A stretch of 64,000 nt of DNA from Phoronis australis. Its lineage: Eukaryota; Animalia; Phoronida. This document shows, piece after piece, positions 49,701-60,200 of this stretch. The notes beneath the pieces were generated by a model. It saw only the letters and a list, made by a program, of their open reading frames with translations. It was not told the DNA's origin and did no database searches. Each line of letters starts with the position of its first letter. Position 1 is the stretch's first letter. The stretch is taken from the NCBI GenBank assembly GCA_002633005.1, contig NMRA01000464.1, forward strand, positions 248,001 to 312,000, in the 5' to 3' direction. A program made the translations under genes and the position numbers.

Positions 49701-52700
49701 TAATTGTATGTTTTCACAGAATTCCCTACCATCCGCTGTAAAACAAGGTGTGATCCAAATTATTCCAAACACTAACAAACCTAGGGAACTACTCAAAACA
49801 AAAACTGGAGGCCAATTTCATTGCTCAATAAAAATTATAAATTAATTTCGGCATGTATTGCTGAACTTGTTAAGTCTGTCTTAAATTGCTTGATCCACGA
49901 AAACCAGAAAGGTTTTATTGCTGGTAGATACATTGACGAAAATATTCAAATAATTTATGGTCTTATCTGTGCAACTGACCAATTGAATATCCCTGGATTA
50001 CTGGTCCTGGTGGATTTGAGAAGGCGTTCGACTCAGTTTCCTGGGTATTTCTACAAAAACCCTGTCTTTTTGTAGTTTTGGCCCAAACATCAAAAAGTGG
50101 GTATCGTTGCTTAATGAGGGAGCTATGGGTTGTGTAATTCAGTATGGAAAAACTTCAATTTTTTTGAAATGGGTAGAGGGTGCAAACAAGGAGACCCTTT
50201 ATCTCCCTATATTTTTCTACTATGTGCTGAGATTATGGGAAATCTCTTTAGGATAAACAAAAATATAAAAGGTGTCCAGATTGGATCTCAAGAATTTAAA
50301 CTAGTCCAATATGCAGATGACACTGCTATCATCCTCGATGGTTCCGAAAGATCATTAAAAAACTCTCTTGATCTACTTGACCAGTTCTTGAAGTATCCAG
50401 GTGTAACTACAAATTTAGAAAAAACAACTTGTGTCTGGATAGGTTCTATGAGGCAAAGCAATTCAAGGGTTTGTTCTGAAGAGGACTTAAAATGGTCTAG
50501 CTTGCAGTTTACTATGCACGGGATTGTTTTTTCTACTGACATCCAGGAAATGAGTAATTTAAATTTTGATCGCAAGTTGGTTGATATTAAAAAGGAAATT
50601 ATAAGATGGTCAAAAAGAAACTTAAGTACTCTTGGTAAAGTTACTGTGGTCAAATCATTTCTTCTCCCAAAACTGATCCATGTTTTATCATGTTTGCCAA
50701 TCCCCAGGAGGAAAGTGTGACAGAATTAGTCGCAAAACCATGGTTCAACATTATGAATCTGGTGGTTGTAAAATGATAGATGTTTACTCTTTGGTAAAGG
50801 CAATTAGATAACATGGATGGGTAGGATCTTAAAAGCCATGAATTCCACAGCATGGTTAAAGGCGAAGGCAACCTTTTTCCGTGTCATTTTGAGCTAAAAT
50901 AAGGTTGGTTGGTTATCCTAGACATATTTTCCACTTAATTACAGCTTTTCGTAATTTTATTAATTACTCGTCCGCTATTCCGGAAGTGACGTTTTAGGAG
51001 GCAAGCGTTTCCCGCCACTTGGTTTTGCGTTGACTTTACCGTGCGAATCTGTTCTATTCTACTTTTGTTTTGTGCTGTTTTTCAACAATTGTCGCCACCA
51101 CTTTCCATCGGCGAGTATTCTGCGGCAAGATAGGTTAGTAGAGAACTCAACTACGTTGGATTTAGGGATTGTTTAGTGTGTTGTAAGCTGAAAATGGCTG
51201 GAGTCGGTGACCCGTATCACAGTGACAGTAGTGTGAGTGACGGAGACCTTGTTCACAGCAGTGGTGACGAGGAATTTTTTCACGGACATTCAGTGGGTGG
51301 GTACATGTTTGAGCCCGAGTATAACGAGGCAGAGTACGCACAGGCACAGGCATCTGTTGAGAGAAACGAGGCGGCTACTGAGGACAGACGTGTTGACACA
51401 TCTTGGTGCAAATGCACTGTGTGCGTTGTTATGCCTACCTCAATGGAATGCTTGTGCTGTTCAGAGTTCGACGAGGCCAAGCCACTACTGGACATGGTTA
51501 AGTGGACTTCCGGCATACCACGTCGGATAGAGGAACAACTGTCCCACTTGCCACAGTGTCCCGCGACACACTCCCACTGGATGGTGACCTGAGCACCCAA
51601 ACTGCTTACATCGTGTCGTGTGACTCCCTCGCCACACACCTGGCACCTTCTAAATAGACAAGTCCACAATAAACTTATCAAAGTTTGGCTCACCGATCTG
51701 TTCACTGAACGACGAACTGTCCTCTTCACTAGGTGTCGAACTGGGCCTGTAATCACTCCCACTACTCAATATCGCTACAGGGCTGCTTAGAGGCTCTGGG
51801 TTGGAGAAAACAGCACAGGGCGAATCACTACTGGTTCCAGGAATTGTACGCTCTGGGGTACGTTCGGAGGCACGGGTGACAGTAGATGAAGTGCCTCCAC
51901 TGGCTCCAGTCACTGTACTGGCCACAGCTCGCGAGGCTTCTCGCTTCAAAAACGCACTTCTCGGGGGTGGGGACAAGGCACTGCCGGGAATCAACACAAA
52001 CGGAATGGCATCCTTCAGGCGTTGTTTCGCAGGGACCTTCATCAGTTCAGCGTACAAATCCCTTTCGTATCGGACGGCAGAAAGTGCTTGCCACACACAC
52101 GGTAATTCTCCACTGCTTTCTACATTGCGTGGTCGGGTAACGCTGCGTTCTTCATACGAACGAGCCAAGTACGGCGAAGTGTGTCATCCATCGGAAAGCG
52201 ATGCAAAGGTACTCCCAAAGCGCGCGTGAGCCGCTAATTAGTACATTCCGGTACGCAGCAACAGTGTGGCATGTTGACTGACTAGTAAATGAAAGAAAAA
52301 TGACGACGGAACGTGACACAACCGAGGTAGAACAATGACTGACTCGGCAGCTCTCACAGTCAGACTATATGAAAAGAAATTGGCGCGAAATGCTTGCCTC
52401 CTAAAACGTCACTTCCGCAGTAGCGGACGAGTAATTAATAAAATTACGAAAAGCTGTAATTAAGTAGAAAATATGTCTAGGATAACCAACCAACCTTATG
52501 TTAGCTCAAAATGACATGGAAAAAGGTTGCCTTCGCCTTTAAGTCTCCTCTCAAACAATGATTTGATATCGTTGGAGTATCTAAAATTTGGGAACTATTT
52601 CTACAAATATGCCGCTTCTCAAACTGAGAACCCTTTTTGGACGGAACTATTTAACTTTCTGTATGATTTTTCTAATATAATAGATCAGGAGGAAATACCG

Positions 52701-55700
52701 TATCAGCCAATTTGGTATAACACTAATGTATTTATTGGTGGAGAAACTGTGTTTTGGCAAAGATGGTTTGAAAAGGGTGTTTATTACATCTCAGACCTAC
52801 TAGACGAGCATGGATATATGTTATCTTTTGAAGATTTTTGCAAAAAGTTCAATTTTGGACCAATGTTTGTGATTTTTTATGGGCTCAAAGAGGCTGTTTG
52901 TCAAAAATGGAAAACCTCAAAAAGAGACAAGTTTTCTTTCTATGCACCCTTTATCCCAATTTTTGTGAAATTATTACTTGCAGACAAAAAGGGTACAAAC
53001 ATGTATACAACACTTTTGTGCTAAACAAATGTTCTAGGCCTAGGTCTGAGATGAGGTGGCAGGCAGAACTTGCCATACCAAACACCATTGAATGGTGGAA
53101 AAATGCCTACTTTGTGAACTTTACACTTGATCTGAAACTTCGTTGGTTTCAATTTAGACTGTCACATAGGGTATTCAGCTATAACTCTTATCTTGTCAAA
53201 ATTGGGGTTAGTAACTCCCCCTTTTGTATGTTTTGTAAGAGTGAACCTGAGACTTTGCTTCACTTATACTAGCAATGTGATGTTGTTCAAAATTTTTGGA
53301 ACAATGTTGAAGATTGGGTGAGGAAAAAAAACAATATTTCCCTGGTACAAATGTACTTACGTTTTTTTTTTGGAAACAGATGTAGAACGCAGCCAATTCG
53401 AAATTTAATCTTGTGTCTTTGCAAGTTCCATTCATATAAGCAACATCTCAAGGGTATACCTCCAAATGTAATATTATATTAACAAAAGAAATTGACAGTT
53501 ACTATTCCTGTGAAAAATACATTTATTCAAAAAATTTACAAATGGAAACATTTACAAACAGGTGGTCACAAATGCATAATTTAATGGCAATGTAAGGATA
53601 TTTTATCATAATTTCTCACCTTTTTAGAGCCATATACTACTACACTGTCTTGTATGTTTTTTTTCTTTAAATGTATTTCTGAAATCCTGTTCAAGTATAC
53701 ATTTAACTTAGTAAACTTGCCCTGTCAGTTATGATGTCAACAGTTGATTGTGTTTGATTTCCACGTTGTACTATTACAACAAAGTTTTGGTAGTGAGAAC
53801 CGCCAGTTAAGCATTCCAGCATTTCATGGTATGTAAAGTGCTGCAGTAAGTGAGTGAAACTTTACTCACTTAGACATGTCTTCAGCAGTGACTGCAGTGT
53901 CTTTACTGAGTGACAGAGGAAAAGATTTCACCTCATTTTCAGAAACAAGCTCGGCACATTTATGAGATTTTACGTCTTCAAGCCACTGATCAGTCTGACA
54001 AGGAACAATACCGCGCTTATAGATTGGACATCAAGAAGAGGCTTAATATACCATTTCAGGTAGTATTGACCTTAGTAAAAATTCTTAACTTTTTTAGGGC
54101 TGTGTCTTCAATTTCAAACATTGATATTTGTGAAATTTTGTATTTTTATTATGCGCTCTCATATGTGGCTGCATATTGCCATCATCTCTGTCTCGGCGTC
54201 CTTGGCTGTATCTCCTAAACCCCTTGCAGGATCTTAATGGAATTTGGCAGGTGCGTTCCTATGGGGTTGACAACAGAGGGCGACGAGTTTTGGACCAACA
54301 GAATACCACTGTGTCCCCTAGTGGCAGTTTTAGTTTTTTACGTTTGCCTCTGTATTTTCAAAGGTCCTCAACCGATTTTCATGAAATTTGGCGCATAGGT
54401 ATCTGTTAATGAGGTGACGCTACAATCCCTTTTTCGGATGGATTCGAGGCATTTTCGCTTTCTAGTGACCATTTTTACTATTTTCGAGTCTGTTTTTGGC
54501 GTCCGCCCTCTGTCAACCAAACCACTCTAAGGATGATTGCAAAAATTGGCATGTATGTTTTTACTATAAAGAGAACGGTTGACGATGATTTTCCGACAAC
54601 TTCGACTACTGTGGCACCTCCTAGTGGCAGTTTTGTTTGCTTTTTTGCGCCCATGGCTGGATCTTCTAAACGCTCTACAGAAACTTTAATTATTAAATGC
54701 AGCAATTGTGTTTATATGAAGTTGACAACGGACGATGTCGACTTTCGGACAGATCGGACTAGAGGTAATTTAATTTTTTTACGTTTACCTCTGTATCTTC
54801 AAAGGTCCTCTATGGATTTCCAGTAAATTTGGCACATATGCATGTATTAATGAGATGATGGTATCCTTTCGTTTTCGGATTGATTCGAGGTATTTTGCGC
54901 CACCTAGTGGCCATTTTTACTGTTTTCGAGTCTGTTTTTTGGCATCTGTCCCTCCCTCAACCAAACCACTCTAAGGATGATTGTGAAAATTGGCATATAT
55001 GTTCTTACTATAAAGAGGACAATTGATGATGTTTTTGCGATGACTTCGACTACTGTGGCGTCTCCCAGTGGCAGTTTTGTTTCTGTTTTTGTTTTGCACC
55101 CAAGCATACCTGTATCTCCTAAGCCCTCTGCAGATTTTTATTGAATGTAGCATGTGTATTTATATGAAATTAACGACGGAAGACAACTACTTTCAGACGG
55201 GTCTGAATAACACTGCCCCTTAGTGGCAATTTCATTTTTTCCGGTTTTCCTCTGTTTCTCAGAAGTTCCTCGACAAATTTTCATTAAATTTGATAAATAC
55301 CACTCTTAGGATGATTGTGAAAATTGGCTTATATATTGTTTGTGTGAGGAGGACGATTGACGATGATTTTCCGGTGTCAATTACTGTGGCGCCCCCTAGT
55401 GGCATTTTTGCGCCATTAGCTGTATCTTCTAAGCCCTCTTCAGAATGTAATTTAGTTAGTATATTTATGTGACATTGACAACGGAAGACGACAACTTTCA
55501 GATGGATCCGATGAATGCCTTGTTCCCAGTGGCAATTCCATTTTTTCCGTTATGCTAAAGTTTCTTGACAGATTTTCATGAAATGTGATAAATAGCTTTC
55601 TGTTAAAAAACAGTGACATTTTCCGGTTTTTTGATGGATTCTAAGTATTTTGCACTATCAAGTGGCCATTTTTATGATACTACCCTCCGCCGTGGAGTAT

Positions 55701-57076
55701 TTGTTGCTGTTTCTTTCAAGGGAAATATTGTTGGGCAGTTTCCAAGATACGTGTTCTTGCCGCCCTCAAAATGAGCGCTGCATACTTTATGCCACAAAGT
55801 CGGAAAGAATTTACTAAATCGGCGTTTGCTACCAGCTCTACCGATGCTTCTGGTTTGTGCTTTCCCTGTTAGTGTACTGTAGAATAAGGCTGGCCAATAT
55901 TTCTAGAAATATATCCACTCAATTGTCAAAAGCTTGTAATGATGCCGTTCAAAACTCATTTTTCTTGTTGATAACCACCTATTCTCAGTTATGGAGCAAA
56001 TTGTATGAACTCGGATCCCGAGGTTATCGGTACAAATCGGGTACTTTGAAAGGCCCACCGTTCATTGCACGCATAATTGCATTTCGTTGACTGAGCGGTG
56101 TTGTCACCACGATCCAGATCAGGAACTGGATCATCTGTCATATCAGGATCTGGGTCAACGTCCATATGTGGAACATCGCTATATTTGTAAAATAATCCAC
56201 AGTCTTTAGGCCTTTTCACGACTATGTTCATTACAATGTATCAAATGCACGCGTTTCATAAGGGAAAATGGAGATGACACGGGCTGTCCAAATTGCCGGA
56301 ATTACTCCTCCCCCCTCCCCCCAAAAATGCAAATGGCATGGTTTGCTGCTGTTGTGAACGGCATGGAAGTTTTTCACAGGGGACAGTCATAAATGTCGGA
56401 CCACCCAACAAAACTCCTTACAAATTAATGAGATGAGCTCAATTTCGATTGGCTGATGACATGAGTAATGCACCAAAACCAACCAATAGTATTCATTTAA
56501 GTGAAAAATGCACAAGCACCCAATAAGATTGGAGTATGGCAACCAAACATTGTCCTAAATTGTTTGGCACAAAAAGTAAATTAAAACATGAAGGGCAAAG
56601 AAAATAAATTCTGTCTACATCATTTTGTAAAGCAAAATCAAAATCAATGGGACATCCTGGAAATAAATTGTTCCCTGTCCTATGGCCGACACTTAATGAA
56701 ATCTCTGCTTACATAGCAGTGTCAACACTTTTTCGATTTAACATTTTAGTTGTGTTGGATGAACAAGTTCAGCTTCATACTCTTACCAGTTTAAACTGAG
56801 ATCAATATGATATATACCTTAAACACTACACTCCTGACACTGTCTTGGAAGCTGTGCTTGGTTTTATTTGAAAACAAATTAACGTTACTTTGCTTTAAAT
56901 TTCTGCAGAAAAATGGCCGAGATTTTGAGAAATTACGACGAACGCTGGATCCAGAGGAGCTCTCAGCAACCATGGACAATCTGACGACAGAGCAGAGGTT
57001 CAAGTACCTACAGGAACAATTTGAGGAATTGGTCGATAATTATCGCTACGTTCTTGACAGAGTGGCTGGCTCGTAA
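19727..57076 (+). CDS. HAT1: Histone acetyltransferase type B catalytic subunit, complete, 11 exons, 410 aa
   Basis: Exons 19727-19739, 23642-23713, 24612-24687, 40254-40377, 41182-41323, 41874-42027, 42438-42545, 42996-43102, 48098-48249, 53943-54059, 56909-57076 sum to 1233 nt, in frame. HAT1 motifs: AEYKCDAN, HQTFGKSESIFGFKDL, AASFIDVDDDRW, YNYYAYPDKFRPRISQFLILPPFQRQGHG, DITVEDPS, YRLDIKKRL. Confidence 0.96.
20870..21480 (-). mobile_element. Merlin (IS1016/ISXO2-like) transposase remnant
   Basis: VIVQIDESLMARRKNNVG...WVFGG; VPNRNANTLLPIIQQFILSGSVLHSDMWAA; HQTIN..NFVDPQTGACT; HLDEFMWRER; frameshifted. Confidence 0.85.
21490..21760 (+). mobile_element. Right-end fragment of the 27650-29010 TIR element
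   Basis: GGCTAAATACCGACAxAGCAGTGAG...GACATTACTGTAGAATTTTAGAACTGTAG shared with 28780-28990. Confidence 0.7.
22238..22712 (-). mobile_element. Family A partial copy
   Basis: Reverse complement of ~1435-1985 (shares the TTTRRxHSSQLPSSNVLFTLKTY pseudo-ORF). Confidence 0.8.
23642..23713 (+). CDS. HAT1: HAT1 exon 2
   Basis: EVSLVHDKFAEYKCDANEVVHFKL; ttttcag acceptor, G|GTGAGT donor. Confidence 0.92.
   Translation, partial: KCLWFMTNLLSISVMLMRLCTSS
24612..24687 (+). CDS. HAT1: HAT1 exon 3
   Basis: VRQEEDIYDDTNVFKPAMCHQTFGK; GT-AG. Confidence 0.92.
27165..27322 (-). CDS. MCT coding exon 5 (terminal)
   Basis: GLIRDQVGSFKIPFLITGVVMMFGGCF...QTGA*. Confidence 0.9.
27165..33247 (-). CDS. Monocarboxylate transporter (SLC16/MCT family, MFS), 5 coding exons, 550 aa, nested in HAT1 intron 3
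   Basis: Exons 33052-33247, 31983-32126, 30867-31146, 29458-30332, 27165-27322 sum to 1653 nt, in frame. SLC16 motifs: DKGWAW (TM1), PISSMLTTRFGSRPVV, GKYFHKRSSFAFGMATSG, YGFQGAILLLGG, ACLMRPL, TM8 GDLPSR, PPLMGLIRD. Confidence 0.92.
27650..29010. mobile_element. Non-autonomous TIR element (TA|CCGTA termini, Tc1/mariner-pogo-like), in MCT intron 4
   Basis: Left TA-CCGTATTCGCCCTAATAAGCAC, right GCACTCATTAGGGCGAATACAG. Related copies at 21490-21760 and 39660-40222. Confidence 0.7.
29458..30332 (-). CDS. MCT coding exon 4
   Basis: YLSDLYGFQGA...MRPL, long central loop, TM7-TM11. Confidence 0.92.
30867..31146 (-). CDS. MCT coding exon 3
   Basis: PISSMLTTRFGSRPVV...YFHKRSSFAFG. Confidence 0.92.
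31983..32126 (-). CDS. MCT coding exon 2
   Basis: GSLSVTFVCMGQIRNMGLLLAEVKIHFTKSTAVAAVLPSVVYLLMPMM; 144 nt, phase 1-1. Confidence 0.88.
32641..32808. repeat. 33-bp minisatellite, 5 near-perfect copies
   Basis: Unit TGGACGGGACTTGTTTAGTACTCAGATGGCAAG, without spacers. Confidence 0.92.
33052..33247 (-). CDS. MCT coding exon 1
   Basis: MTVTSNAE...PWIDKGWAWLVAL; G|GTAAG donor. An acceptor just upstream of the ATG suggests a 5'UTR exon. Confidence 0.88.
34420..34672. repeat. 48-50-bp minisatellite, ~5 copies
   Basis: Unit GGCCATACCTGAATGCCCCCCTTTGGCAATGCCACAGTACTTCTC. Confidence 0.85.
35134..35540. mobile_element. TTAA-flanked MITE with AG..CT termini (Kolobok-like)
   Basis: TTAA|AGCCTATCTTGAAG...GTTGAAGTTAGGCT|TTAA; second copy at 12647-12943. 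Confidence 0.7.
36290..36468 (+). repeat. Repeat starting TTAA|AGACCTGG, shared with 1-130
   Basis: Near-identity to the window start; the TTAA+AG terminus is suggestive of a Kolobok-like MITE. Confidence 0.6.
36500..36579 (-). pseudogene. Decayed tRNA-like / SINE-head sequence
   Basis: Minus strand has A-box-like TGGTGTAGTGG and B-box-like GGTTCCAATCC at tRNA spacing; acceptor and anticodon stems pair poorly. Confidence 0.45.
36641..38526. other. Apparent 0.94-kb tandem duplication split by a single N (probable scaffolding/haplotype artefact)
   Basis: 36641-37586 and 37588-38526 are near-identical, with N at 37587, a few SNPs and a 7-bp indel. Confidence 0.8.
37110..37273. mobile_element. 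164-bp palindromic MITE (second copy 38050-38213)
   Basis: ATAGATTATTACATG...GTTATCCCTCTTATCTAGAGCCC...GGGCTCTAGATAACGAGGGATAAC...CATGTAATAATCTAT. Confidence 0.75.
39660..40222 (+). mobile_element. Deleted copy of the 27650-29010 TIR element
   Basis: Shares AAGCTAGxATTCATCAAATTTATGCTCTGTGACG and the right end ATTAGGGCGAATATGG|TA. Confidence 0.7.
40254..40377 (+). CDS. HAT1: HAT1 exon 4
   Basis: ESIFGFKDLRVDLFYSACRLTTYLGISYTDKIVPEKFDGLE. Confidence 0.94.
41182..41323 (+). CDS. HAT1: HAT1 exon 5
   Basis: PDDIEKKIAEFISPGY...FKPFGECLHSY. Confidence 0.94.
41874..42027 (+). CDS. HAT1: HAT1 exon 6
   Basis: FQIYRTDIETPGFREYHTRLQPFLLWFVDAASFIDVDDDRWMYYL. Confidence 0.95.
42438..42545 (+). CDS. HAT1: HAT1 exon 7
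   Basis: FEKYNNKDGNSMFASVGFMTVYNYYAYPDKFRPRI. Confidence 0.95.
42996..43102 (+). CDS. HAT1: HAT1 exon 8 (acetyl-CoA binding motif A)
   Basis: QFLILPPFQRQGHGSQML...DILDIT. Confidence 0.95.
44583..45893 (-). mobile_element. Family A copy
   Basis: Begins TTTTTATGCACCCACATATTTATATGTGGGCGCATA (hairpin) and ends GCTCTTGTT. A further fragment lies at ~46158-46392. Confidence 0.8.
46391..47965 (-). mobile_element. Second DINE/Helentron-like repeat with terminal hairpin and a reiterated end block
   Basis: Hairpin ACTTGGCGGAATTC-TGG-GAATTACGCCAAGT at the left end. TTCGCCAAGTGTCGCTC or a variant recurs at ~47240, 47360, 47760 and 47950, separating three copies of a ~120-160-bp block. Confidence 0.5.
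48098..48249 (+). CDS. HAT1: HAT1 exon 9
   Basis: VEDPSDEFQRMRDIVDVKNC...KGFSEKMVTEARDKLFMNR. Confidence 0.94.
51194..51495 (+). pseudogene. KolX / P2X7-ballast (nanor-like) Cys-rich protein N-terminal remnant
   Basis: Acidic N-terminus, GYMFEPEY, then WCKCTVCVVMPTSMECLCCSE; truncated at the internal deletion. Confidence 0.72.
51495..52272 (-). pseudogene. THAP-domain transposase N-terminal remnant
   Basis: MPHCCCVPECTN*...LHRFP...RRTW...YRVCGKHF../YERDLYAEL...RLKDAIP (C2CH THAP), then FIVD../LFRRCQVCG...WECVAGH..W. Stops and frameshifts; DDE region deleted. Confidence 0.8.
53943..54059 (+). CDS. HAT1: HAT1 exon 10
   Basis: KQARHIYEILRLQATDQSDKEQYRAYRLDIKKRLNIPFQ. Confidence 0.95.
54143..55680 (-). 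mobile_element. Family A copy
   Basis: Same hairpin end and CCNCTAGTGGC subrepeats as 44583-45893. Confidence 0.8.
56909..57076 (+). CDS. HAT1: HAT1 exon 11 (terminal)
   Basis: KNGRDFEKLRRTLDPEEL...FEELVDNYRYVLDRVAGS*. Confidence 0.94.
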   Translation, partial: KNGRDFEKLRRTLDPEELSATMDNLTTEQRFKYLQEQFEELVDNYRYVLDRVAGS

Positions 57077-57293
57077 CAAGCAATGCATTTGTACACTTGA
57101 CTAGCTCAGGATTGCGGTATCAGCAGTGCATTTTCCCAGTCAAGTGGCCCAAGTGGACAGTTGTTTTGCATGCATGCTGAGATCATTTGCAGGAGCACTA
57201 TGTATTTATTTCTAATGTGTAGACAACTCATTGATCTGTTACATGGTAGATTCATCATCCACAGGTTGATCCTCCCAGTTGTGTATCAAGAGC

Positions 57294-57299
57294 AATAAA
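57294..57299 (+). terminator. Candidate HAT1 polyadenylation signal AATAAA
   Basis: First AATAAA noticed downstream of the stop (~220 bp); no transcript support. Confidence 0.35.
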
Positions 57300-60200
57300 T
57301 CGGAATCAGTGCTATCTTAATTATGAGGCCCATTAACCTGGGGAGATGGTTGACAATTAAAACCTTAGGAAACTAAGAAATCTGGCTTCGTTTATTTTTC
57401 CATTTTGCCCAACCATTTCATATTGAGCGAGCTGGTGCCCAACTTCGAATGCACCCAGTAGGCATCAGTCATAGCATTCTGAGCATTAATTCAAGCATTT
57501 TTTACGTTTTCATTTCCAATATTGAAACAGTTCATTGTAAGGATGTCTATCAATTTGTTACCATGGGTACATGCATGGTGAACTCTTAACAATTTTGGAC
57601 ACAATTGCCGAAATTCCCCTTTTATGTTGCCACATATACACGGTAAAATCTCACCAATTTAGGACAAAAAAATTGTCAAAATTTCTTATTTTGTTTTTCA
57701 AGGCCTAACAATGTTGTGAATGTCAACAATTTACTGATAGTAGTTGTGGCACTTGAACATGTTAAAGCTTTGATTTGGTGCTACTTATCTTTTGTGAAAA
57801 AACATAAAAATGAAATATCACTCAAACCAAAAGGTTCAAAAGCCTTCGGAGTCTAGGTAAATTGGGACACGTCATTCAAATTTTAATGGGCCGCTCTAAC
57901 CGCGCCCGACATTACTGGGCATTTGGGGAGCCCAGTGTGTCCCAAGCGTGGTACTGACGTTGAAACCCTGGTAGTCTAGCTCAGCTTTTTATAGGCCAAG
58001 GAGCAACCTACTGGATGGCACTGTTACATGCCTACAACATATAGTGCATGGCAACAAATGTTTTGTTTAATGGGCCCAAGCACGAGACCTGTGCATGTCT
58101 GAAGCACCGCAAATGACAGGCCACCTGCACTATTTTTTCTTTTTAGTGGCCATTTTCGTCTTGTTGAGGGTCTTATTCAGTGATTTTGGGCGAAGGGATT
58201 TCAGGTTATCTAAAGTATACGTTTTGTTTTGATGGTATTGGTGGGAATAAATGGGATGACACTTTCTGTCTCGGATGATTTTGAACCGTGTTGACGCAGA
58301 AAGGCCGATTCGATGTTCATTGGGCAGTGATATTAGTGCGATTTTGCCCAGTTGCAACTGCCTACCAGGACATAAAATTAAAGAATTACAATTTGTGATG
58401 CTCTGCGTATCTATGCTTCATGTTCCTCTCAACTTTGACAATACACCCACAGAATGGCTGCTGCAGTTAAACTAGACTTCTTATGAATTGTATAAGTAAC
58501 TCAACACATATTGGGCTTATTTTTAAAACGTTTTTAGTTTCGTGATCAATTTAGATTACTGCAACTGTTTGTTCTCAACTTCACAAAAACAAAGTGTCTT
58601 TATTAAGGAGATGGCACTACCTGCCCATCTTCAGGCTTACACTTATTAATATGTAAATTCTATTCTTGGAGTAGGTGCATCTATCTGCCAATCAATTAGT
58701 GACAGTTAATTTGTTGTACCCGCGAAATTATGTCAACTGTGATAAAACTTTACACTGCCACGGGGTGTTGCTACCGCCAACAGTTAGTATTTGTGTAGGG
58801 CTTCCCCTTAAGTTTGCAGGGCTGTGTTTTAGGTTTTCAGTTTTTGAATAACTATAATACTCCGAAATGGCAATTTTTTTTACTCAATTTTGATATATTG
58901 CACATACCCTTGAATAACTGAGCCTGGTACAAGCGAGTCCCAGCTCCAATAGAAGAAACCCAATAAAAGAGATAATTTGTGTTCTGAAGTGGAATTTAAC
59001 CAAAACTGGTGATTTATTGAACCAGAGTGTAAGCAGTACAACATGATCTTTTGTATCAAGGAACAATATTACAGCATTCAGTGTTTGCACACCTTCCAAC
59101 AATGTTACAGCATTCATTGTTTGCACACCTTCCAACTAATACAACCACTACGAGTAAAACAACTAATGTACATCACAACTTAACAAATCTGGTGTACATC
59201 AAACACTTAATAATTCTTTCTTTTCAGGCAGATGCGATTGGTTCACCTCTTCTAAAACAGTTGCTTCGTTTCAAGAGCAATGCTAGACCAAGAGCCAGGG
59301 GTCAAATTGACCTATCGCAAGCTCCGCCCACTTGCCAAAACTTGACAAACAATAAGTTTTACCCAACATGTTTGTCGGGTAAAATGGTTTGGAAATGAAG
59401 GTGTCAAGAATCCTGCGTTCCGTTTGGTCAGTTAAGCCATCACTCAAAATCCTGGGGATAGGTTAATTGGGGAAAGCTTCAGCAACTCTTTGGTCTACTT
59501 TGTTGTCCATAACCATTTTTAGGTGCTTCTTTAATCTTGATATAGGCAAAGCAACTTTAACCACGTTAATCTTAATTTACATGTGGATTTTAGGTAATTA
59601 GAATTCCTCGGTTTTTAGACTGTTCTGCACTTTTAGGGGGAAATTTTAAAATGTTATCACTCAACCTCAAAGATACTGAAAAATAACTGGAACATCTTGG
59701 TTGACGGAATAATTGACCCAAAAGATCGTCGGCTTAAGTGGTCAGCAGATTCTCTGTACGAGGTCAGCTACATGTGAGTATTTACATTTTGTGTAAGCAA
59801 ATGGGCTTGCAATGATTTGGACAAACTATGGCAATTTCTTATGAAACTTCTCTATACATGACGGACTTTAATGACGAACAATTTTGGGCGATAATATTGT
59901 GCGGGAAGTTATCACGTGACGACCACTTAAGTATCACAATTATAGAGTATCTAGACTTGCACAGAAATAAAAAATTGCCAGATTCTACCAAGAAATTCCT
60001 GATAATGCTTTTATTTAATGTATGGTTCTTAGAACTTAATTCTGTGTGCAAATGAGGGTTAACAAGGTCGAATTTGTTTGACCAACATCAGGATACAAAA
60101 GCGCCTTTCACTAGACTAAATTAAAGCGATTTCTTATAAGTTTCACAAGCCGAACCCCTAGCTCCTGGTCTAAACCTAAAAATTTCATTATATAACTTCT

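Larger units (their letters stand above)
50860..52538. mobile_element. Internally deleted Kolobok-type DNA transposon (1679 bp)
   Basis: TTAA TSD at 50856-50859 and 52539-52542; termini AGGCGAAGG...CCTTCGCCT; ~160-bp near-perfect TIRs; convergent THAP-transposase and P2X7-ballast-like gene remnants. Confidence 0.88.
49245..53600 (+). mobile_element. Degenerate 5'-truncated L1/Tx1-type LINE (ORF2 RT and C-terminal zinc knuckle), interrupted by a Kolobok element
   Basis: RSRAQWIENGEKPTRYF, KTPGPDGFTAEF, NWRPISLLNKNYKLI, RGCKQGDPLSPYIFLLCAE, QYADDT, WSKRNLSTLGKVTVVKS, LRWFQFRLSHR, CMFCKSEPETLLHL; multiple stops and frameshifts. Confidence 0.92.

Noticed and set aside
51493-51501. CATGGTTAA at the internal deletion point matches the left flank 50851-50859
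   Set aside because: A single 9-bp match with no adjacent TIR; it cannot be distinguished from chance.
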